From Candidatus Indicimonas acetifermentans (GTDB lineage: Bacteria > Gemmatimonadota > Gemmatimonadetes > Palauibacterales > KS3-K002), in the NCBI GenBank assembly GCA_947581815.1, contig CANPVX010000003.1, forward strand, positions 1 to 56,536: DNA of 56,536 bases. Direction: 5' to 3'. Positions 33,671-43,389 of this stretch are shown in pieces; position 1 is the stretch's first letter; each line of letters opens with the position of its first letter. Position numbers and translations under genes: made by a program. The notes under the pieces are model-generated. The model did no database searches and had not been told where the DNA came from. It worked only from the letters and a program-made list of their open reading frames with translations.

Positions 33671-34551
33671 CGCTCAGCGGCTCCAGGCCAGGCTGGCACT
33701 CCAGCGCTCGAATTCATCAGCTCCTCGAGTAGCTCGTAATCGTGCTCGTTCACGTGCATGGGCACGATCGCGATTCGGTTGGCCTGGTAAACAGGTACAT
33801 CGGTGCCGGGTTCGAGAGCGATTTGGCGTCGGCTGAAGGTAAGCTGCCAGCTCTCGCGCCCGGACGCGCTCGCCGGTTCCGGGCTTCGCTCGAACCCCAG
33901 TTCCCAGTTCCTCGCCGAGCGCGACACGATGCTGATGCCCTGGATCTCCGACACGGGCACGCGCGGAACGCTGACCGTCAAGTAATCGCCCGGTTCCATC
34001 CCACGAACCAACGGGCTTCGCGCCAGCTCAGCGACCCAGGCGGCGACCGCTGCGAGCGTTTCAGGTTGCTCGGTCGTGTAGCCGGACACGGCGATGGCGG
34101 GTACACCGAGCAGCGCCGCGATCCGGGCGGCACCCACCGTACCGGACAACGACCAGTCGGCCGACAGGTTAGGCCCGCCGTTCACTCCGGAAATGACGAG
34201 GGCGGGACGCTCATCAAGTAACCCGCCCAGGGCCAGCACAACCGCGTCGGCGGGGTAGCCATCGACGGCGTAGGCGACGATTCCGCCTCCGAGGTCGCGG
34301 CTCTCCCCTTCGAGGCGGCGAGTGGAGAGCGCCGAGACATAGCTGGTGCTGCCGCTCTTATTCTCCATCGGCGCCACGACATAGGTCTTGGTGACCGACG
34401 CGAAGGCTTGGGCGAGCGCTCGCAAACCGGGATCGTCGATCCCATCGTCGTTGGTGATCAGGACGCTCGCCGGCCAAGCGTCATCTTGAGCCAGCACGGG
34501 GCCCGCGGTTGCAATCAAAGCCGTCGCCAGGACAAGCGTTACGTATCGCAT
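33667..34551 (-). CDS. surE: 5'/3'-nucleotidase SurE with a predicted signal peptide
   Basis: VLITNDDGIDDPGLRAL motif, plus SGVNGGPN and GTVGAA. ATG 34551 gives MRYVTLVLATALIATAGPVLAQ. Confidence 0.85.
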   Translation of the reverse strand: MRYVTLVLATALIATAGPVLAQDDAWPASVLITNDDGIDDPGLRALAQAFASVTKTYVVAPMENKSGSTSYVSALSTRRLEGESRDLGGGIVAYAVDGYPADAVVLALGGLLDERPALVISGVNGGPNLSADWSLSGTVGAARIAALLGVPAIAVSGYTTEQPETLAAVAAWVAELARSPLVRGMEPGDYLTVSVPRVPVSEIQGISIVSRSARNWELGFERSPEPASASGRESWQLTFSRRQIALEPGTDVPVYQANRIAIVPMHVNEHDYELLEELMNSSAGVPAWPGAAER

Positions 34552-34573
34552 AGTGTACCTTCTTGAGAGTGAG

Positions 34574-35284
34574 TCAGCTCGTGCCGAGCTCGATGTCCAT
34601 GCCGTCGAACCATGCGCGCGCGCTCGCATGAGTGTTATCCGTATCGACCATGAAAGCCACGCCCGATACAAACTCGGGATCTCTGCCGAATGCATCGCGG
34701 AAGTCCTTCATGAAATCCCGCTGGCGGCTGACCCACTGACCTGCTTGCCCGTCTCCGCTGTCAACTACGATCGTCACGACTTCGGCGTGGTAGGGATTCT
34801 CGAAGACGGCCCCGACGGGCTCACTCGCGGCCCACACGTAGCAAAGCGCCCGACTCTCGCTCTTGAACGGCTCGCCGTCGAAGATGACGAAGAGCCGGGC
34901 CACAAAATCGTCGCCCGCTTTCACTCGCTCGCGTCGGTTCCCTTCGAGCGTATTCTGTATCTTCCAACGCCACGAGATGCGGCTGCTGGGCGCCGGCGGC
35001 AGCCGCAGCCTATGCAGCAGCGCCGATGCCGATCCGTCGCTTCGGGCCATCAGCACGCGGGCGCCTCCATCATCCAGAACGACCTCGTAGACGGTGCGCT
35101 TCCTGCCCAACCCGAAATTCTCCCAGCGATCTTCCCACCCGTCGCTGAAGTGAGCGGACGCTGCGGCCGCGTTCTCCTGCGCGTGCAGTTGGCCGGCATG
35201 ACCCGGGGGCGAGATCGCTGGCGCGAGGAGCGCGCTAGCGCAGATCAGTAGTTGGCGAGTCGTCAGCATCGATTGCTTGCTCAT
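34574..35284 (-). CDS. DUF3047 domain-containing secreted protein
   Basis: Signal peptide. WRWKI...GDDFVARLFVIF...ALCYVWA pattern characteristic of DUF3047. Confidence 0.7.
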   Translation of the reverse strand: MSKQSMLTTRQLLICASALLAPAISPPGHAGQLHAQENAAAASAHFSDGWEDRWENFGLGRKRTVYEVVLDDGGARVLMARSDGSASALLHRLRLPPAPSSRISWRWKIQNTLEGNRRERVKAGDDFVARLFVIFDGEPFKSESRALCYVWAASEPVGAVFENPYHAEVVTIVVDSGDGQAGQWVSRQRDFMKDFRDAFGRDPEFVSGVAFMVDTDNTHASARAWFDGMDIELGTS

Positions 35285-35548
35285 GAGCCGTGCTTGGAAA
35301 ACGAGGTTGGAATATGCGAGGTTCCGGTCGCGAGCGCAGCTCTCATCTGTTGGACCTCCTGGATCGGGGCTCTACTCAGTCGCGCTGGGATAGACAAAGG
35401 AACCGGCCGGGCTCATTCTGTCTTCTAGATAGCGACTGGGGTGCGGATACATCAAGCTACGCTCGGGCGTCCTGCGGAGAGCGCGTCGAGCGTTCGATTC
35501 AGCACAGGTGTGGCAGGGAGGCATCTCCGCCACAAGGAATCAGTTTTC

Positions 35549-36253
35549 TTGAATGAGGACGCGGTTGTGACCGAACCCCGCCACAGCGGATGGTGGCGCC
35601 CGCTCGCGCTGGTGGGTGGGATAGTGCTGCTACTCATCCTGGCGCGTGTCTTCGGCGTTGGCCAGCGCCTGATGATGCTGCGGGAGTGGATCGCCGGTCT
35701 GGGCATGCTTGGGCCCGCCGCGTTCGTGCTCATCTATACGAGCGCGGTGGTCGCCGCCGTCCCCGGATCGGCGATCACGGTGGCCGCGGGAGCAATCTTC
35801 GGATCGGTCCTGGGTGTCGTGGTGGTGAGCGTCGGGTCCACGCTCGGCGCTGCGCTCGCCTTTCTCATAGCGCGTTACTTCGCCCGCGAGCCGGCTGCTC
35901 GCTGGTTGGCGAAGGCAGAGAGGTTCCAGAAGCTCGATGAGATGACGGAGAGGCACGGCGCGATCATTGTGGCCATCACGCGTCTCGTTCCCCTCTTCCC
36001 ATTCAACCTTCTCAACTATGGATTCGGGATGACGCGAGTGCGCTTCTCGACCTACGTCTTTTGGTCGTGGTTGTGCATGTTGCCGGGTACGATCCTGTAT
36101 GTCGTGGGCGCTGACGCGCTGACCCGAATCGCCGCGGAAGGGCGAGTGCCTTGGTCGCTGGTCGGAGCTTTCGCGATTGTCGGGCTGCTGCTCATGGTCC
36201 TCGTCCGTCTGGCGCGGCGAAAGCTGAAGGAAAGAGAGGCTCGGGCCACCTGA
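35549..36253 (+). CDS. TVP38/TMEM64 (DedA-related, SNARE-associated) family membrane protein
   Basis: Polytopic protein with motifs GPAAFVLIYTSAVVAAVPGS and RLVPLFPFNLLNYGFG. The start is uncertain (TTG 35549 after AAGGAA, GTG 35567, or up to 35441). Confidence 0.8.
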   Translation: MNEDAVVTEPRHSGWWRPLALVGGIVLLLILARVFGVGQRLMMLREWIAGLGMLGPAAFVLIYTSAVVAAVPGSAITVAAGAIFGSVLGVVVVSVGSTLGAALAFLIARYFAREPAARWLAKAERFQKLDEMTERHGAIIVAITRLVPLFPFNLLNYGFGMTRVRFSTYVFWSWLCMLPGTILYVVGADALTRIAAEGRVPWSLVGAFAIVGLLLMVLVRLARRKLKEREARAT

Positions 36254-36343
36254 GTTTGAAGCTCTGCGCTCGAGCCTGTAAGATTGCACTCGACTACGGA
36301 CCGATCTCCTCACACACCTACACAACAGAGAGACCTATTTCGA

Positions 36344-37864
36344 ATGCGTGAGATTCCGGAGGTCACCCCTCGGGATTCAGCCAACGCCGAGTTGCTGGCG
36401 AATGTTCACCCTCGCGATTGGCAGAACCCAGAGCCCGCTTCCCGTTACAACCTGGTCGTTATCGGGGCAGGCACAGCCGGGCTCGTCACCGCGGCGGGGG
36501 CCGCCGGCCTGGGAGCGCGAGTCGCGCTGGTGGAACGCAACCTCATGGGCGGCGATTGTCTGAACGTCGGGTGCGTACCTTCGAAGACGCTGATTCGTTC
36601 GTCTAGGGTGTTGGGCGAATTGCACAGGGCGGCCGAGCTCGGCGTGGCGATACCGGGGCCGGCGGAGATCGATTTCTCCGCCGTCATGGAGCGCGTGCGG
36701 CGTGTGCGGACCCGCATCAGCCATCACGACTCGGTTGGGCGGTTCACGAATCTCGGGGTGGATGTGTTCCTCGGTCACGGCCGCTTCGTGGGCCGCGGCG
36801 CGGTGGAAGTCGACGGCCGAACGCTGCGCTTCAAGCGAGCTGTGATCGCCACCGGCGGGCGACCTACGGCTCCAGCCATCCCGGGGTTGGAAGAGGTCGG
36901 TTTCTTGACCAACGAGACGGTGTTCTCTCTGACCGAGCGCCCGGCGCGTCTGGCGGTCATCGGCGGCGGGCCGGTCGGCAGCGAGCTGGCCCAAGCCTTC
37001 CAGCGACTGGGGAGCGAGGTGCTTCTGTTGCACGACCAGCCGCACCTCCTCGACCGCGAGGACGCTGACGCGGCCGCGATCCTGCAAGAAACCATGCTCC
37101 GCGAGGGGTTGAAGATCGTGCTCGACTCGCGGACTGAGCGGGTGGAGCGCCGCGGCGAAGAGAAAGTGCTGCACTTTCATTCCGCTACGGGTGAGGACCG
37201 GTTCGCGGCGGACGAGATACTGGTGACGGCGGGACGCGCGCCCAATGTGGAGGGGCTCGGTCTCGAAGCGGCCGGCGTCGATCACGATTCAAGGCTGGGG
37301 GTGCAAGTCAATGACCGCTTGCAAACAACGAACCCGCGGATTTACGCAGCCGGCGACGTCGCGATCGACTACAAGTTCACTCACGCCGCCGACTTTGCCG
37401 CGCGGATCGTGATCCAGAACGCCCTCTTCATGGGACGAAAGAAGTTGAGCACCCTGACGATCCCTTGGAGCACATATACCGACCCCGAGATCGCGCACGT
37501 CGGCATCGGCGAGCGGCTGGCGAAGGAGCGCGGGATCGCTATCGACACTTTCCTCAAGCCCTTCAGCGAGCTCGATCGCGCCCTCACCGACGGCGAAGAG
37601 GAGGGGTTCGTCAAGATACACATCAAGAAGGGAAGCGACACGATCCTGGGCGCTACTATCGTCGCTCGGCACGCCGGCGAGCTGATCAGCGAGGTCACTA
37701 TGGCGATGACGGCGGGTATCGGCTTGAGGAAGATCGCCAGCGTGATCCACCCTTATCCGACCCAGGCAGACGCGATACGGCAGCTCGGCGATGCCTACAA
37801 TCGCACGCGATTGACGCCAACTGTGGCGATGTTGTTCCGTCGCTGGCTCCGCTGGACGCGTTGA
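36344..37864 (+). CDS. Pyridine nucleotide-disulfide oxidoreductase, mercuric reductase/dihydrolipoamide dehydrogenase-like (no HMA domain)
   Basis: VIGAGTAGL FAD fold, redox-active GGDCLNVGCVPSK, second GGGPVGSE fold, and a C-terminal dimerisation domain HPYPT. Confidence 0.85.
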   Translation: MREIPEVTPRDSANAELLANVHPRDWQNPEPASRYNLVVIGAGTAGLVTAAGAAGLGARVALVERNLMGGDCLNVGCVPSKTLIRSSRVLGELHRAAELGVAIPGPAEIDFSAVMERVRRVRTRISHHDSVGRFTNLGVDVFLGHGRFVGRGAVEVDGRTLRFKRAVIATGGRPTAPAIPGLEEVGFLTNETVFSLTERPARLAVIGGGPVGSELAQAFQRLGSEVLLLHDQPHLLDREDADAAAILQETMLREGLKIVLDSRTERVERRGEEKVLHFHSATGEDRFAADEILVTAGRAPNVEGLGLEAAGVDHDSRLGVQVNDRLQTTNPRIYAAGDVAIDYKFTHAADFAARIVIQNALFMGRKKLSTLTIPWSTYTDPEIAHVGIGERLAKERGIAIDTFLKPFSELDRALTDGEEEGFVKIHIKKGSDTILGATIVARHAGELISEVTMAMTAGIGLRKIASVIHPYPTQADAIRQLGDAYNRTRLTPTVAMLFRRWLRWTR

Positions 37865-37914
37865 TCCGGGTCACTCCTATGTGCGTAGGCCACCCTTCGC
37901 TATCGCTCGTCGAA

Positions 37915-40900
37915 TCATCTTTGCCAGCGCAACGGTGGCACAGGCTTCTGCTCCGGCCAAACCTCGTTCAGGTCTGAGTCGTAAAGGAACCCGTTCATCA
38001 TCGTCATGTGAACCTGTTCGCTATTCTGGAGATCGTCCAGCGGATTCGCGTTAAGGACGACGAAATCGGCGAGTTTGCCGGCCTCGAGCGAGCCGATATC
38101 GTTGCTGAGCCCGAGCACCTGAGCTCCCCAGAGCGTACCGGCGCGCAACGCCTCGTGCGGAGTCATACCGCCCTGCTCGAACATCCACATCTCCCAGTGG
38201 GCGGCCAGCCCCTGAAGCTGTCCGTGCGCGCCCAGGAGGATCATACCGCCGGCCTTGGCGATGGCGTTGGCCGACTTGGAGATGTCGATGTGATGCCACT
38301 CATCGTCGGGTATTAGCCTACGTCGCCGCGAGCGCGCATCGATGATTGTACGGGGGACGAACTGGAGGAGTCGCTGGTTCTCGTAGACGTTGGTATGCTG
38401 GTACCAGTAGTTCTCGCCCCAGATACCGCCGTAGCCCACGACGAGCGTGGGGGTATAACCCGTATTGCTACGCCCCACCAGGTTCACGGCGTCGCCATAG
38501 AGGGGGGTGACGGGGATGGCATGCTCAATCGTGGTGTGCCCGTCGAGTACTTGTGTCATGTTCAGTTGGTACATCGACCCGCCCTCGGGGACCACCAGGA
38601 TGTTCTCCTCGCGCGCCGCTTTGATGATCCACTGGCGAACCTCACGGCGCAGCTGGTTGTAGCTCTTCACGCTGATCGCGCCCTGTGCTTTCAGACGCTT
38701 GATATGGGCGCGCGCGTCGTCGACGCTGTTGATCACCGCTTTGTTGGCGTTCTCGGCGCCATAGAGGATGAAGCCGGTGGAGTAGATCCTCGGCCCCAGC
38801 ATTAAGCCCGCCTCGACCATCTCTTTCTGCGCGAATACGGCCTGGGTGCTGGCGGAGGGGTCGTGAGTGGTGGTCACGCCGAAGGCCAAGTTGGCGTAAT
38901 AGCGCCACTCTCGTTGCGGATTGATGTCGAGTGTCCCGTACCCCATGTGAGCGTGGACGTCGACCAGCCCCGGAATGACGGTCTTGCCACTGACATCTAC
39001 GATGCGTGCGCCGTCAGGGACTGTGACCTGGCTGGAGGGGCCGATGGCTCTGATGCGCGGTCCGTCGACCACGATCGTGCCGTCCTCGATGACCTCGTCC
39101 CCGCGCATGCTGATGATGCGCGCGCCGGCGAGAGCGACGACGCCGCTCGGCCGTTTCTTAGGCACGGTGAGCTCGATATCGATGACCTCACCTTCGAAGA
39201 TGTTGTTCGTCTGCGGCGACCCTTCACCGTCGTCATCGCCGCCCTCATCGTCAGCTTGATCCTCGGTATCCTCATCGGGCCTCTGCTCGAACAGCTCGTC
39301 GAGCGTGGTGCGGTAGACCGTGGGTCCAAGGACGTAGCTCACGCTCCTGCCGTCGCGCGACCAGTCGATCCAGTTGCCTCCAAAGCGGGTGAGCTTCTTC
39401 ACGGGGACGCCCGCCGACTCCGCCTCGATCTTGACCGGGTCGCCGCCCGCCATCGGCAAGGGAGAGACGTAAACATTGTGCAGCTCTTTGAAGGCAACCC
39501 ACCGGCCGTCGGGCGACGGGACGATCTCCTCGGCGCGCTCGTTCTCCACCAGGCGCCGAGAGTCGGTTCCGTCGAGCTTCACGCTGGCGAGGAACGTCTT
39601 GGCGTCATCGCTCTCCTGGAATAGCAGACGCTCGCCGTCCTGGCTCCAGCGGATCCGAGGCATTCGCCGGTTCGACCCGCGGTTAGCGGTACGCGTGACG
39701 AAGCTCGTCGCGCCGCCATCTGCGGGGATGAGACCGATCACCATGTAGAGCTCAGAGCCAAGATCGCGGCCGCGATTGGCGCTGCCGCTCCCGGCGACGA
39801 AGGCGATCTGGCTGCCATCGGGCGAGTAGACCGGATTAGAATAGTGGTTCGGCACCTGTGTGAGACGCTCGGGTTCGGAAGTGCGCCCGGGACGCTGCAG
39901 CCGAGTCCTCCAAATGTGGCCGCCCGCGTCGGCGTCCCAGGTGACGAAGGTCACCCAGCGGCCATCGGGAGAAATAGACGGCGCGTACTCCAGCGTCGCG
40001 CTGCCGGTGATCCGCTGGGGCGTGCCATCGGGCAGTGACATCTGCCAGATATGACCGACGGCTTGGAAGGTGAGCGTGCCGCCGTCCGGCGTAAATGTCG
40101 TCCAGCGGATCATGCGGGATCGGAAGGAGTCGTCCGCGATGGGGTATTCGAAGCGAAGAGCGTCAGCGACTCGCTGGCTCCCCTTCGCGCGGAACGGGAT
40201 CTCGGTCTGCCCACCTCCTTCTACGTCGATCGACCATATCTTACCGCCGTAGGTGATGGCGATGCTCTTCGAGTCGGGAGTCCAGGCGAAGGCCGGATAC
40301 GCACCGTGTACGGTCCAAGTCTCCATCTGATCCTGATCGAGACCGTCGAACACCGGCCGCTCAGCGCCCGTAGATAAATCGCGAACGAATAGCACGCTCT
40401 TGGTTCGTACCCTGCGGATGAAGGCGAGTGACCTTCCGTCGGGAGAGGGGGTGGGGCGGACGCCACCGCCGGGATCACGCGTGACCGCCTCGACCTCACC
40501 GGTGAGGCGATCGAAGCGGTTTATCTGGAAGATCCCGTCGTGGACGTCCTTATTATAGTCGAACGGGCCGGTGAAGTCGTAGTAGACCCAGCGTCCATCG
40601 GGCGAGACGGCTGGTTCGTTCTGCTCGGACGTGAAGCTGCTCTTTTCCACGAGTTCCACGCCCGAGCCACCTCGAGTGTGGTACAGCCAGATCTCCCCAC
40701 CTCCCAGGGAGCGCGTGTCACGTACGTGGCGCTTAGCCACTATGTAGTCGCCATCCGGGGTCCAGTAAGGCGCGGTGGGCAGTGGGTCTTCCTCCTCGGT
40801 GAGCTGCCTACGATTCGATCCATCGGCGTTCATGAGCCAAATGTTGTCGGCTCCGCCGCGGTCGCTGATGAAAGCGATGGTGGCGCCATCCGGGCTGAAG

Positions 40901-41190
40901 CGAGGTTGTTGCTCGTACGAGACGCCCCCCGAGATCAGTTCCGCCTCTCCTCCTTCGATGGGCATCCGGAAGATGTCGCCGAGAAGCTCGAAGGCGATCC
41001 AGCGTCCGTCGGGGCTCACATCCAGGTTGATCCAGGTCCCCTCGGTCGTCTCGAATTCGATGAGCGTGCTGGGGCCGTGCTCGGCCTCCACGTCCCATTT
41101 GTCGTCGTCCTGACCTAGCGCTCGGTCCGTGACGATGGCGATAGAGAGGAAAGAAACCATAGCGACCAAGAACGTGCGCGTTCGAGCCAT
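37915..41190 (-). CDS. Large secreted TolB-like beta-propeller / amidohydrolase fusion protein
   Basis: Many PD40/WD40-like repeats (SPDG.W.AF) in the N-terminal ~650 aa. The C-terminal metal-dependent amidohydrolase has GLVDVHAHMGYG and a late HG/D. Signal peptide from ATG 41190. Confidence 0.85.
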   Translation of the reverse strand: MARTRTFLVAMVSFLSIAIVTDRALGQDDDKWDVEAEHGPSTLIEFETTEGTWINLDVSPDGRWIAFELLGDIFRMPIEGGEAELISGGVSYEQQPRFSPDGATIAFISDRGGADNIWLMNADGSNRRQLTEEEDPLPTAPYWTPDGDYIVAKRHVRDTRSLGGGEIWLYHTRGGSGVELVEKSSFTSEQNEPAVSPDGRWVYYDFTGPFDYNKDVHDGIFQINRFDRLTGEVEAVTRDPGGGVRPTPSPDGRSLAFIRRVRTKSVLFVRDLSTGAERPVFDGLDQDQMETWTVHGAYPAFAWTPDSKSIAITYGGKIWSIDVEGGGQTEIPFRAKGSQRVADALRFEYPIADDSFRSRMIRWTTFTPDGGTLTFQAVGHIWQMSLPDGTPQRITGSATLEYAPSISPDGRWVTFVTWDADAGGHIWRTRLQRPGRTSEPERLTQVPNHYSNPVYSPDGSQIAFVAGSGSANRGRDLGSELYMVIGLIPADGGATSFVTRTANRGSNRRMPRIRWSQDGERLLFQESDDAKTFLASVKLDGTDSRRLVENERAEEIVPSPDGRWVAFKELHNVYVSPLPMAGGDPVKIEAESAGVPVKKLTRFGGNWIDWSRDGRSVSYVLGPTVYRTTLDELFEQRPDEDTEDQADDEGGDDDGEGSPQTNNIFEGEVIDIELTVPKKRPSGVVALAGARIISMRGDEVIEDGTIVVDGPRIRAIGPSSQVTVPDGARIVDVSGKTVIPGLVDVHAHMGYGTLDINPQREWRYYANLAFGVTTTHDPSASTQAVFAQKEMVEAGLMLGPRIYSTGFILYGAENANKAVINSVDDARAHIKRLKAQGAISVKSYNQLRREVRQWIIKAAREENILVVPEGGSMYQLNMTQVLDGHTTIEHAIPVTPLYGDAVNLVGRSNTGYTPTLVVGYGGIWGENYWYQHTNVYENQRLLQFVPRTIIDARSRRRRLIPDDEWHHIDISKSANAIAKAGGMILLGAHGQLQGLAAHWEMWMFEQGGMTPHEALRAGTLWGAQVLGLSNDIGSLEAGKLADFVVLNANPLDDLQNSEQVHMTMMNGFLYDSDLNEVWPEQKPVPPLRWQR

Positions 41191-41236
41191 CGGACCAGCC
41201 TTAGATTTGAAGTGAGGCAGGGTGCGGTTGTTGATC

Positions 41237-41275
41237 AAAAGCGCCGCGGTGCCTGTCGGCTCGCGGCGCTTTTTA
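41237..41275 (-). terminator. Intrinsic (bidirectional-looking) terminator downstream of ggt
   Basis: AAAAGCGCCGCG (41237-41248) / CGCGGCGCTTTT (41262-41273), with A/T runs on both sides. Confidence 0.65.
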
Positions 41276-41299
41276 GTTACGGTTGCGCTCTACTTCGCG

Positions 41300-42997
41300 T
41301 CAATAGCCTGCCGCGTGGCCGTCCTTTCGCATCTCGGACGCGCCGTAGTAGACGCCATTCTCGGCGTCGTACATGATCGCTTGGTAACCCCCGAAGCCGC
41401 CTCGCTTAACGACGACGTTGTGCCCCAGTCTCCGCAAAGCTTCGATCGTCACGTCAGAGAACCCGTACTCGAGGTTCAGCAGCCCTCCGTCAGTCATCAG
41501 CTCGCCGGTCGGCTGCGAGGATTCCGAGTGCCGGATTCTGGAAACATCGCCGGCCTCCTGAAGGTTCATACCGAAGTCGACCATATTGATGACGATCTGT
41601 GCATGACCCTGAGGCTGCATCGCCCCGCCCATGACGCCGAAGCTCATGAAAGGCACCCCGTCCTTGGTCACGAATGCGGGAATGATGGTGTGGAAGGGCC
41701 GCTTACGCGGCGCATAGCTGTTGAAGTGGCCCTGCTCGAGATTGAACAGCTCGCCGCGGTCTTGGAGGACGAAGCCCAGGCCGTCTGGCGACATCCCGGA
41801 GCCCATCCCTCGGTAGTTGCTCTGGATGAGGGAGACCATATTGCCGTGTCGGTCGGCCACCGTCAGGTAGATCGTCTCGCCGGTGCCGAGAGCGGCTTCG
41901 CCGGCGTCGAAGTGCGTCGCCGCCCGGTTCGGATCTATAAGCTCGCGGCGTTGTGCGGCGTACGCCTTCGATATCAGCCAGTCGACAGGGATGGCATTGA
42001 AGTCGGGATCGGCGTAAAACTTGGCGCGATCCTCGAAGGCGAGCTTCTTCGCTTCCGTGAACAGGTGGATGTACTCGGGACTCCCGAAGCCCAGAGAAGC
42101 GATATCGTAGCCTTCCAAGATGTTGAGTATCTGAAGCGCGGCGATCCCCTGCCCGTTGGGAGGAAGCTCCCAAACCGTGAAGCCGCGATAGTCGGTGGAT
42201 ACCGGATCGACCCACTCCGACGTGTGCTCGGCAAGGTCCTCGTACGAGAGGAAGCCGCCGTTGCGCTTCATATAAGCATCTATGGTGCGGGCGATGTCAC
42301 CCCGGTAGAACGCATCGCGGCCGCCTTCGGCGATCTTCTGCAGCGTGTTCGCTAGGTTGGGATTCTTGAAGATCTCGCCTTTCTCAGGCGCCCGCCCGTT
42401 AGGCATGAATGTCTCGGCGAAGCCCGGATATTCCCCCAACCGCTCCGCGCCCCCCTTCCAGTAGTAGGCGATGATCTCGGTTAGCGGGAAGCCCTCGCGT
42501 GCGTAAGTGATCGCCGGCGCGAGGATCTGGTCCATTGGCAGAGAGCCGAACCTGGCGTGCAACTCGAACCAGCCATCAACCGTCCCGGGCACGGAGACGG
42601 GGAGCGGGCCGTACGAGGGGATCGCATCTAAGCCCCGCTTCTTGAACTCTGCCAGCGTCAGCGACGCCGGCGAGCGGCCGCTGGCGTTGAGGCCGTAGAG
42701 CCGCTCCGTCCCGGCATCCCAGACAATGGCGAAGAGGTCGCCGCCCATGCCGTTCCCCGTTGGCTCGACGAGCCCGAGGACAGCGTTAGCGGCGATGGCC
42801 GCGTCGATGGCGTTTCCGCCGCGCTTGAGGATGTCGATCGCGGTCTGGGTCGCCAACGGCTGGCTCGTAGCCGCCATGCCGTTGCGCGCGATCACCTCTG
42901 AACGCGTCGCGAAAGGCTCACCGGTTGGTCGGTTCTGAGCGAAGAGATTCGCAGGAAGCATGGCCAACATGATAGCGATGGCAGCGGAGATGCGCAT
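41300..42997 (-). CDS. ggt: Gamma-glutamyltransferase
   Basis: Signal peptide from ATG 42997 (GGAGGGA upstream). Motifs GGNAIDAA and the autoprocessing site GETIYLTV, followed by GGAMQPQGH. Confidence 0.9.
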   Translation of the reverse strand: MRISAAIAIMLAMLPANLFAQNRPTGEPFATRSEVIARNGMAATSQPLATQTAIDILKRGGNAIDAAIAANAVLGLVEPTGNGMGGDLFAIVWDAGTERLYGLNASGRSPASLTLAEFKKRGLDAIPSYGPLPVSVPGTVDGWFELHARFGSLPMDQILAPAITYAREGFPLTEIIAYYWKGGAERLGEYPGFAETFMPNGRAPEKGEIFKNPNLANTLQKIAEGGRDAFYRGDIARTIDAYMKRNGGFLSYEDLAEHTSEWVDPVSTDYRGFTVWELPPNGQGIAALQILNILEGYDIASLGFGSPEYIHLFTEAKKLAFEDRAKFYADPDFNAIPVDWLISKAYAAQRRELIDPNRAATHFDAGEAALGTGETIYLTVADRHGNMVSLIQSNYRGMGSGMSPDGLGFVLQDRGELFNLEQGHFNSYAPRKRPFHTIIPAFVTKDGVPFMSFGVMGGAMQPQGHAQIVINMVDFGMNLQEAGDVSRIRHSESSQPTGELMTDGGLLNLEYGFSDVTIEALRRLGHNVVVKRGGFGGYQAIMYDAENGVYYGASEMRKDGHAAGY

Positions 42998-43035
42998 GAC
43001 TCCCTCCGTGTTTAGCAGGCCAGTGATCCCAAGTG

Positions 43036-43095
43036 AAAAGGGGAGGCCGGGGGGGGTCGGGTCATCCGACTCTAGAATGCCCGGCCCCGGCCCCT
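43036..43095 (-). terminator. Possible terminator hairpin downstream of rpsU
   Basis: On the minus strand, GGCCGGGG/CCCCGGCC is an 8-bp stem (43085-43092 / 43045-43052) extendable by 2-3 bp, with an inner hairpin, then C TTTT. Confidence 0.4.
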
Positions 43096-43102
43096 GCATG
43101 GC

Positions 43103-43303
43103 TCAGCGCTCTTTGTGAAAGCGCCTGGCGCGCGCGCGCCGTCGCTGCGCCGCTTTTTGCTTCTTTCTCTTTACTACGCTCGGCTTCTCGTAGTAACGAT
43201 GCTTCTTCATATCGCGCATCAATCCCGAGCGGACCATCTTGCGGCGCAACCGTCTCAAGGCGCGCTCCAGGTCATCCTGCTCGCTGATGATTACTTCGAC
43301 CAT
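43103..43303 (-). CDS. rpsU: 30S ribosomal protein S21
   Basis: 66 aa. The sequence ...LERALRRLRRKMVRSGLMRDMKKHRYYEKPSVVKRKK... is unmistakably bS21. GGAGGTGA SD lies 8 nt upstream. Confidence 0.95.
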   Translation of the reverse strand: MVEVIISEQDDLERALRRLRRKMVRSGLMRDMKKHRYYEKPSVVKRKKQKAAQRRRARARRFHKER

Positions 43304-43352
43304 CTACTCAATCACCTCCAGAAGCGACTTTCCTCATAGGTGCCGCCGGCGC

Positions 43353-43389
43353 AAAAAAAAGGGCTTGGGCAACGATGCCCTGCAGCCCC
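43353..43389 (-). terminator. Strong intrinsic terminator 50 nt upstream of the rpsU start codon
   Basis: Minus strand: GGGCT-GCA-GGGCA-TCGT-TGCCC-A-AGCCC, followed by T8 (forward A8 at 43353-43360). Confidence 0.7.
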
